Below, in pieces: positions 56,855-64,000 of a DNA stretch of 64,000 nt (positions are counted from its first letter, which is position 1; every line of letters begins with the position of its first letter). The stretch is from positions 437,614 through 501,613 of the forward strand of contig OZ025712.1 in the NCBI GenBank assembly GCA_964019335.1, given 5' to 3'. The translations under genes were made by a program, and so were the position numbers. The stretch is from Diplonema japonicum (lineage: Eukaryota; Protista; Euglenozoa: Diplonemea). A model generated the notes under the pieces. The model was not told the DNA's origin. It searched no databases and saw only the letters and a program-made list of their open reading frames with translations.

Positions 56855-57098
56855 GTGGGATATTTCGGTCATCTTGGTTATGTAAGGGGTGTCCTTTCCC
56901 GTGAAATTTTTGGAATTTTTGACATGAGGTTTGTCCGGTTCGACCTCACCCTCGACTTCGACGGGTTTGCATGGCCAGATCTGGAAGGCTGGAAGGCGAA
57001 GGGGGACGTCGAGGGGACATCCTCTTCTCAACCCGGCGGACGGAAGCAAGCGAAGGCCCTTCGGTGCCAGTCGCTTGATCAGTGTTGGGAAGTCCCAT
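56855..57098 (+). ncRNA. Candidate rod-like structured RNA downstream of tRNA-Lys
   Basis: Nested stems TGGGAT/GTCCCA, GGGGTGTCC/GGACATCCT, CCCTCGAC/GTCGAGGG, TGAGGT/ACCTCA, AAGCGA/TCGCTT; G-U pairs favour the + strand. Confidence 0.35.
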
Positions 57099-57184
57099 AC
57101 AGGAGGGTTCAATTCAAAATCAAGAATTGTTGTTCCATTTTATTAAGTTTTATTATGTGATAGTGTATCAGACCTACCTCATAC

Positions 57185-59124
57185 CGCCATGCCGCATACC
57201 AGGCGACTCAGCCTCTGGAGGATCTGACCAGGTACGAGAAGCTCCTACCAAGGAGGACTTGGTCTGACAAACAGAGAGAGGCATCGAAAGCCTACAAACT
57301 CCCAGAGAGGACGGGCACACCTCACTCGGGCGCCGTCTTCATGAGGAGACTCGCGGTTGCACCCTGGCAAAGATTCGAGGGGCAACTCGTGCTCTCCCCC
57401 TTCCTAGACACGCAGGTGAAAAGGACGGACCCAAAAGAGGTCAGGAAAGAGGCAACAACGAACACCCTGAACAGGTTATGCGAGAAACACGGCCGGGCTT
57501 TCTGCATGGTGTTCACAGACGGGTCCGTAAAGGATGGGAAAAACGGAGGCTCGGCCGCCATCCTGCTGCACAACGGGTCCGATGCTGCCTACGGGATCAG
57601 CGGTGGACTGTATTCGACATCCTACAAATGCGAACTCAGGGCCCTGAGGCTAGGGATCCGACTGGCGACAAGACTCTCAGAGAGGAAGCTTGCAAGCCAA
57701 GGGATGGTTCTGATATGCACAGATTCGCAGTCGGTGATACGGAAGATGTGCCAGGGACACATGTCGGCAGCCTCCAAAGATGACTTCGAACTCTGGCAGG
57801 AGGTCGCGAGCTTGACAGGCAGAGGCCACAAGCTAATCGTTCAATACGTCCCGAGTCACTGCGGGTACAAGTGGAACGAGAAGGCGGACCAGAAGGCAAA
57901 AGAGGCGAGCGAAAGACTGGCCCACACCCGTGAGACAGACATTGAGGTGGTTAAAACTCTGGTGAGGAAGCATGTCATCAGAAGCCACCTCCGCCTATGG
58001 AAGGATACTGGCGTCACAAAGACGTACAGGGAGCTGTTTGCCGGAAGTTACGAGAAGTTCGAGGAGCTGGACAGAAAGAAAGAAGTGGCGATCATGAGGC
58101 TGAGGGTGGGGAAGAGCCCACTCACTTGCGGATACCTACTCATACCCCCAGTCGAGGAGGTCCCGTGCCATCTATGTTCGCAACCCCAGACTCTAAGCCA
58201 CCTCCTACGGGAATGCCAAGACGGAAAGAGGATCGACCAAAGGAGTCAGATCTTCGGTAGCTCCCTTCCTTCCCTCAAAGTCCTCCTGTCGACCGACGCC
58301 TGTAAGACCGCCCAGCTCTTGGAGCGGCAGGGAACATTGTGAAAAAACTTATAAATTATAATATGTTATACTCTCCAAACATTGAGGTCTGAAGTTGTTA
58401 AACGACTTCAGACAGCAATTGTTTCTAACTCAATCTCTCGACTCTGGCTTCACTCCTATCCTTTCTTTTCACCTCCCTCCCCAGTGTCTTCCCTTATTTT
58501 CCATTACCAGGCCCCTGTCCCCCGCCCCCAGTGTTATTCAAATTTTTCACTCACCTTTCATATAGAAAGAAAAAAGAAAAAAAAAAAAAAAGAAAAAAAA
58601 GAAGGACAGATGATTCAAGCTTCGGTGTACACAATCGAGCTTGATTTGAATTCCTTTATTTTGAGAAAAAAAAAAAAAAAAAAAAAACTGAAGAACGAAA
58701 CTTAATTGAATTGAATTTATTGGCTCCCGAAAGCCCAACAAGTCCAGCAGACGGTGGAGTTTCACAGTCAGCTGGTTAATTTTTCACAATTGAAACTCCT
58801 CCAAAGTTCTTAAAATCTGGGAGGTCGTCTCTTGTTACTAGAGGCGGCTAATGCCTCGAGACCCAGGTGCTGCCTGGTGGGTGGGATCGGTTTTATTTTA
58901 TTATGAAAAGAGCGTGGTGAGGGGGTCCAAGTAATTTACTACAGGGAGCAGCGGACCAGGACCCCTCGACCAATGGCTCAGTAACAGAGACTGCTTTTCA
59001 CGAATCACTTTCAAACACCTCTCTTGGTTTGAAGTGATGTCCCTTTCCCTTTCCCTTGAATGGTTTTCTCTACTCCCCTTCGATCCTCCCGCCTGGTAGT
59101 GGAATATTTATTATTATTATTATT
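57185..59124 (+). mobile_element. 5'-truncated non-LTR retrotransposon copy 2 (RNase H, CCHC finger, 3' UTR, (TTA)n tail), I/ingi-like
   Basis: ORF 57341-58342: FTDGS, SYKCEL.AL, TDSQS, VPSHCG..NEKAD, CHLC..TLSHLL.EC; TSD ACCTACCTCATAC (57172) / ACCTACCTCAAAC (59125). Confidence 0.92.
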
Positions 59125-59139
59125 ACCTACCTCAAACAT

Positions 59140-59477
59140 TATTTTCACACTCACCAATGATTCGCTCAATAGGAGCAATACCTCCCTGGGGGGCTTTCCG
59201 CCGGAGGTTCCAGCCAAAGAAGGACATCCAGCTGGAAGGTAGGCCCCCGTTTTTCTCTCACTTGACTGAGGGAATAATGTAATTCAGCCCTCTTCGGCTG
59301 TCCCAAAGCAGAGCACGGGTTGGTGGGGGACCAGGGCTCCTCCTGCTTGCAGAAGCCTGGTCCATTGCCCTCCCTATTTCCCCATGGTTTCCCTTCACCT
59401 TTTTTTCCCCTTTTCTCAGGTGTTGCTCTCCATGGCGGCCCTGCATTGGTATTTTGAAAAAAAAAAAAAAAAAAAAA
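59140..59477 (+). mobile_element. 338-bp poly(A)-tailed retroposon (SINE-like or a truncated second LINE family)
   Basis: A-tail 59457-59477; perfect 12-bp TSD TACCTCAAACAT at 59128-59139 and 59478-59489. Confidence 0.85.
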
Positions 59478-59489
59478 TACCTCAAACAT

Positions 59490-59561
59490 GTCCGTGTGGC
59501 TCAATGGAAGAGCGCCTGACTACGAATCAGGCGGTTGCAGGTTCGAGTCCTGCCTCGGATG
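59490..59561 (+). tRNA. tRNA-Arg(ACG)
   Basis: Cloverleaf, loop CT-ACG-AA, GGTTCGAGTCC, T7 terminator. Confidence 0.95.
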
Positions 59562-59608
59562 TTTTTTTCAATCATTCACCACCACAGTTATTTAACAAAG
59601 TTATCAAA

Positions 59609-61669
59609 ATGTCTTACGACGGAGCCATCGGTATCGATTTGGGAACGACCTACTCGTGCGTGGGTGTGTGGCAGAATGAGCGTGTGGAGATCATCGCGAA
59701 CGACCAGGGGAACAGGACCACCCCCTCGTACGTGGCCTTCACTGACAGCGAGCGTCTGATCGGTGACGCCGCGAAGAACCAGGTGGCGATGAACCCCACG
59801 AACACCGTGTTCGACGCGAAGAGGTTGATCGGGAGGAAGCTCCAGGACTCGTCGGTGCAGAGCGACATGAAGCACTGGCCCTTCAAGGTGGTGGCCAAGG
59901 CTGACGGGAAGCCCCTGATCCAGGTGCAGTACATGGGTGAGGAGAAGCAGTTCATGCCTGAGGAGATCTCCGCCATGATCCTCGTCAAGATGAAGGAGAC
60001 CGCTGAGGCCTTCCTCGGAAAGGAGATCAAGAAGTCCGTCGTGACTGTCCCCGCCTACTTCAACGACTCGCAGCGTCAGGCCACCAAGGACGCCGGTACC
60101 ATCTCCGGGATGGAGGTTCTCCGTATCATCAACGAGCCCACGGCGGCTGCCATCGCCTACGGTCTTGACAAGGCGGACGAGGCGGAGCAGAACATCCTCA
60201 TCTTCGACCTTGGTGGTGGTACCTTCGATGTGACCCTCCTCACCATCGACGGTGGGATCTTCGAGGTGAAGGCGACCGCTGGTGACACCCACTTGGGTGG
60301 AGAGGACTTCGACAACAGGATGGTGAACCACTTCGTTGAGGAGTTCAAGAGGAAGAACAAGAAGGACCTTACCGTGAACCAGAGGGCCCTCAGGAGGTTG
60401 AGGACTGCTTGCGAGAGGGCCAAGAGGGCTCTCTCCTCGGCCGCCCAGACCAGCATTGAGATCGACTCCCTCTTCGAGGGTATTGACTTCTACACCTCCA
60501 TCACCAGGGCCAGGTTCGAGGAGCTGTGCGCGGACCTCTTCCGTTCGTGCCTGCGCCCCGTTGAGCAGGTGCTCGGTGACGCCAAGATGGACAAGAGGTC
60601 CATCCACGAGGTTGTGCTTGTCGGTGGGTCCACCCGTATCCCCAAGATCCAGGGCATGGTGAGCGACTTCTTCGGTGGAAAGGAGCTGAACAAGTCGATC
60701 AACCCCGACGAGGCCGTCGCCTTCGGGGCCGCCGTCCAGGCCTTCGTCCTGACTGGTGGACAGTCCAAGCAGACCGAGCAGATCCTTCTCCTTGACGTGA
60801 CCCCCCTGACCTGCGGTATCGAGACCGCTGGTGGTGTGATGACCTCCCTCATCAAGAGGAACACCACCATCCCCACCAAGAAGAGCCAGGTCTTCTCCAC
60901 CTACAGCGACAACCAGCCCGGTGTGCACATCCAGGTATGAAGAAAGAGAAGAAGAAGAAGAAGAAGAAAAAAATAATGACAAAACACAGGTGTTCGAGGG
61001 TGAGAGGGCGATGACCAAGGACTGCCACCAGCTCGGAACCTTCGACCTGTCTGGGATCCCCCCTGCTCCCCGTGGTGTGCCCCAGATCGAGGTGACCTTC
61101 GACGTGGACGCCAACGGTATCATGAACGTGTCTGCTGAGGACAAGACCACCGGGAAGAAGTCGCAGGTGACCATCACCAACGACAAGGGCAGGTTGTCGC
61201 AGGCTGAGATCGACGCCATGTGCAAGGACGCCGAGAAGTACGCCGAGTCGGACAAGCTGGCAAAGGAGCGCATCGAGGCGAAGAACGGTCTTGAGAACTA
61301 CGCCTACTCCATGAAGAACACCATCAACGACGAGAAGACTGGTGCCCTCATGGGTGAGGACGAGAAGAAGAAGGTCAACGACGCCTGCGAGGAGGCCATC
61401 AAGTGGCTCGACAACTCCCAGGAGGTATGAGACATAACACAACACAACACAACACAACACAACACAACACAACACCACAGGCCTCGAAGGAGGAGTACGA
61501 GAGCAGGATGAAGGAGCTTGAGGGTATCTGCTCCCCCATCGTGAAGAAGATGTACGAGCAGCAGGGTGGTGCTGGTGGCATGCCTGAGGGTATGGGCGGT
61601 ATGCCGGGTGGCATGCCCGGTGCTGGTGCAGGTGCCGGGGCCGGGCCCCAGGTCGAGGAGGTTGACTAA
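59609..61669 (+). CDS. HSP70: Cytosolic Hsp70; introns 60935-60989 and 61425-61480
   Basis: [36 protein letters not shown] repeats, C-terminal GPQVEEVD. Confidence 0.98.
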
Positions 61670-62109
61670 GATGACGCAATAGATCGTTCGCTTCCCTTTC
61701 CCTTTTTTCTCTTTCGTTTTTAGGTTAAGATGCCTGCAAAGATCATGTCAGGTACTAGTTTCATTATTTCGCATATTTATTCACATAATTCGCTTCCATT
61801 TGTTATTTTTAACTCATCACAGTTTTTCATGCATCACACGTAATTAGTCGCTTGCGCGGTTGCACTTTGCGTGGCCCCAACTGGTCTGCACGGACCTACC
61901 CTCGGAGCTGAGTATGTTGGATTAGTATTGTCGAATGCGTGCTATATTTTATACGTTTTAGATGATGCCAGGCAGTCAGTTGACAAATAGAGTCGGGAAA
62001 AGTACTCCAAAGCTGCTGGGACGCTAGTAGGAGCCATTGAAGGGTGCCTCCCGCTCAAGTAGGGTGCCGATCGTGCCTTGTGTGTCTTTTGAAAAAAAAA
62101 AAAAAAGAA

Positions 62110-62148
62110 ATCCAACGATTCTAAAGCTACAGTTTCTGTACTTTATTG
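62110..62148 (+). other. Spliced-leader exon sequence (39 nt), not followed by a GT donor
   Basis: ATCCAACGATTCTAAAGCTACAGTTTCTGTACTTTATTG; the 3' part matches the conserved kinetoplastid/diplonemid SL. Confidence 0.9.
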
Positions 62149-63148
62149 TGGTCGTTCGTGTTCTGCTGGTGCCTGCCGCCTCTGCCTGGGTTTGCCGCTG
62201 CGTCCGTCGTCCGTCGTCGCCGTCGTCCGGGGGGGTTGTTTTGCCCGTCGGCCTGCCCGCCGCTTACCGAAAGGATCCCCTCCCCCAACACACACTTTAA
62301 AAAAAAATAAAAAAATAAAAAATGGATCCAAGACGGAGTGACCGCGCAAACCGCAGGGAGAAGGAACCCCGACAGGCCGCCAGGCTGCACACGACGCCAG
62401 GGCCGACCCAACCAGACTATCTGGTTGGGCAGTATGAATCCCCACCCCCACCCCCTAGATCCCCCCACCCCCTTTAGAAAAAAAAATAAAATAAAAAAAT
62501 CGCGTTTCTGAGAAAAAAAAAAAAGGGAAAAATAAAAGAATAGGGAACAGGTGCTACAACGGCCAGGCTAGATAGAACCACTTAGATTTTTTTTTTTTTT
62601 TTTTTTTTCCGCACCCAAAAGGGGTGCCAAAATGGGGCTGGACGGACGCAGATGCCTACAGGGGGTTTTTGTAAGTTTGAAAACCGAAAATTCCGGATGC
62701 AAATTTGGCTCCGCGGTGTTCTTGGTGTTCAGGCTCCCTGTCTGCCAGGGCTGGCCCACCATGGCTGTTTTTTTTTTTTTTTTTTTCTTTTTTCTTTTTT
62801 CTTTTGTGGTGATGTGTTTTTCCTGTTTTTGATTTTCTTCTTCCCCCGCTCTATGCTTTTTCGCATGGACATTGGTCACTCTGCCCCTTTCCCCTTTTTT
62901 GATTCTCCCTCTTTCCCCCTCCTAAATTTTACCCCCTGCCCCACTCATTCCTCCCTAGTATGTTTTTGAATTTGCCTCTTCTTCTTTTAAGCCTTTTTTG
63001 AGATTTTTATTTTTGAATTTTTATCATTTGGAGTTGCTTCTTCTTCTTCCCCTCTCCCTCCCATAAAGAAAAAGAGAAACCCATGCCTTCCTCGCAGGTT
63101 GGAACTTGATTGTCTGTTTTGGAATATTTTTATTTTCTCTTAAGATTT
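62110..63148 (+). mobile_element. Putative retroposed SL-trans-spliced RNA (~1.04 kb)
   Basis: Starts with the SL; flanked by direct repeat ATCGTGCCTTGTGTGTCTTTTGAA plus A-run at 62070 and 63149. Confidence 0.6.
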
Positions 63149-63253
63149 ATCGTGCCTTGTGTGTCTTTTGAAGAAAAAAAAAAAAAAAAAACATTCTCAA
63201 GTCCCCCTTTTTATTTATTTTCTCAAGTCCCCCTTTTTAAAAAAAAAAATTTT

Positions 63254-63311
63254 TTTGCGGGTTTGCGGGTTTGCGGGTTTTTTTGGCAAATAACAATGGA
63301 CCCACCCGTGC

Positions 63312-63355
<44 letters not shown>

Positions 63356-63744
63356 CTGTTGTTTCTTTTTCTTTTTCTTATTTTTCTTTCTATCTTAAAA
63401 TTTTTAATCTTCCTAGTTTAAAAGTTTAAAAGAAAGAAAATGAAAAAGATTGTTTGATATGGGTTCTAGGTTTTAAAAAAAAAAAAAAAATTAATTAATT
63501 CTTTTTCCCTCCTCCATCTCTTCCTCTCAAGTTTCGATAGCCCTCCCACCCCCCCCAACTTTCTTGAACTTCTTTTCACCTTTTTCCTCCCCTACCTCTC
63601 CTTGGTTCCCAGTGAACGAGAAAGAACGAAAGTAAATAAAAAAAGCCTTTCCCGTCCCTTGTTCACTCCGCCGTGCACCCCGATATCCTCCTCTCTTTAG
63701 TTTCTTCCCCCTAGTTTCGCATGGGTGGGTCCATTGTTATTTGC

Positions 63745-63787
<43 letters not shown>

Positions 63788-64000
63788 GCACGGGTGGGTC
63801 CATTGTTATTTGCCAAAAAAATCCGCAAACCCGCAAACCCGCAAACCCGCAAACCCGCAAACCCGCAAACCCGCAAACCCGCAAACCCGCAAACCCGCAA
63901 ACCCGCAAACCCGCAAACCCGCAAACCCGCAAACCCGCAAACCCGCAAACCCGCAAACCCGCAAACCCGCAAACCCGCAAACCCGCAAACCCGCAAACCC
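63254..64000. repeat. Inverted repeat containing a (CCCGCAAA)n 8-bp satellite
   Basis: (TTTGCGGG)3 + GGCAAATAACAATGGACCCACCCGTGCGAAACT + T-run at 63254-63355, mirrored at 63746-64000 with ~22 CCCGCAAA units; extra core copy at 63713-63745. Confidence 0.95.

Noticed and set aside
56960-56970. Telomerase template for TTTGCGGG (GCAAACCCG on the - strand; CGCAAACCGC at ~62345)
   Set aside because: Equal or longer matches occur in unrelated places (~14626, ~33578, ~46577), and the repeat is not shown to be telomeric
58790-58880. HDV-like ribozyme in the LINE 3' UTR (hairpin followed by GCTAA)
   Set aside because: A full P1/P2/P3/P1.1 pseudoknot could not be built; such ribozymes normally sit at the element's 5' end
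54105-59124. Simple segmental duplication of a tRNA-containing unit
   Set aside because: The copies have different 5' ends, separate TSDs and different adjacent tRNAs; independent retrotransposition fits better
53121-59561. G1:U72 pairs in three tRNAs as evidence of editing
   Set aside because: A terminal G-U wobble is tolerated and, from memory, occurs in kinetoplastid orthologs
59384-59608. N-terminal extension of the HSP70 ORF
   Set aside because: It runs through a poly(A) retroposon tail and tRNA-Arg; the canonical start is MSYDGAIG at 59609
59588-61273. 561-aa antisense ORF over HSP70 and other long - strand ORFs
   Set aside because: Shadow frames produced by GC3-biased codon usage of the + strand genes
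62110-62230. Functional SL RNA gene
   Set aside because: No GT donor after the exon, no obvious Sm site or T-tract, and no tandem array
63823-64000. True telomere
   Set aside because: The C-rich strand faces the right end and the array is part of an inverted repeat
1-64000. CRISPR array, rRNA or prokaryotic operon
   Set aside because: No repeat-spacer pattern or rRNA motifs; introns and the SL show a eukaryotic genome

Overview
Eukaryotic nuclear DNA, most likely from a diplonemid (Euglenozoa). All about 35 supportable protein genes and all 4 tRNAs lie on the + strand, tightly packed like a polycistronic directional cluster. Genes carry mostly 31-56 nt GT(ATG)...(C)ACAG introns, and a 39-nt euglenozoan spliced-leader (SL) exon sits at 62110-62148. 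Contents: an identical 1849-bp tandem array of a secreted protein; housekeeping genes (MMTAG2, UNC119, TRM13, RPL36, RED, RPB10, DAD1, DECR2, cyclophilin, HSP70); two GPI-type Cys-rich surface-protein paralogs sharing a near-identical C-terminus; a myristoylation-motif glutaredoxin/truncated-hemoglobin fusion; and two intron-split microproteins missed by the ORF track. The main discovery is in the tRNA cluster (53.1-59.6 kb). Two independently 5'-truncated copies of an RT/RNase H non-LTR retrotransposon and a third 338-bp poly(A) retroposon each have target-site duplications (TSDs) occupying the ~12-16 bp immediately 5' of a tRNA gene. This indicates a tRNA-gene-targeted retrotransposition system. 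Two of the tRNAs have C instead of the near-invariant U33. Also present are two TTAA/piggyBac-type elements, an SL-headed ~1-kb retroposed segment flanked by 24-bp direct repeats, and a terminal (CCCGCAAA)n foldback satellite. Family assignments rest on motif recognition only; no searches were run.
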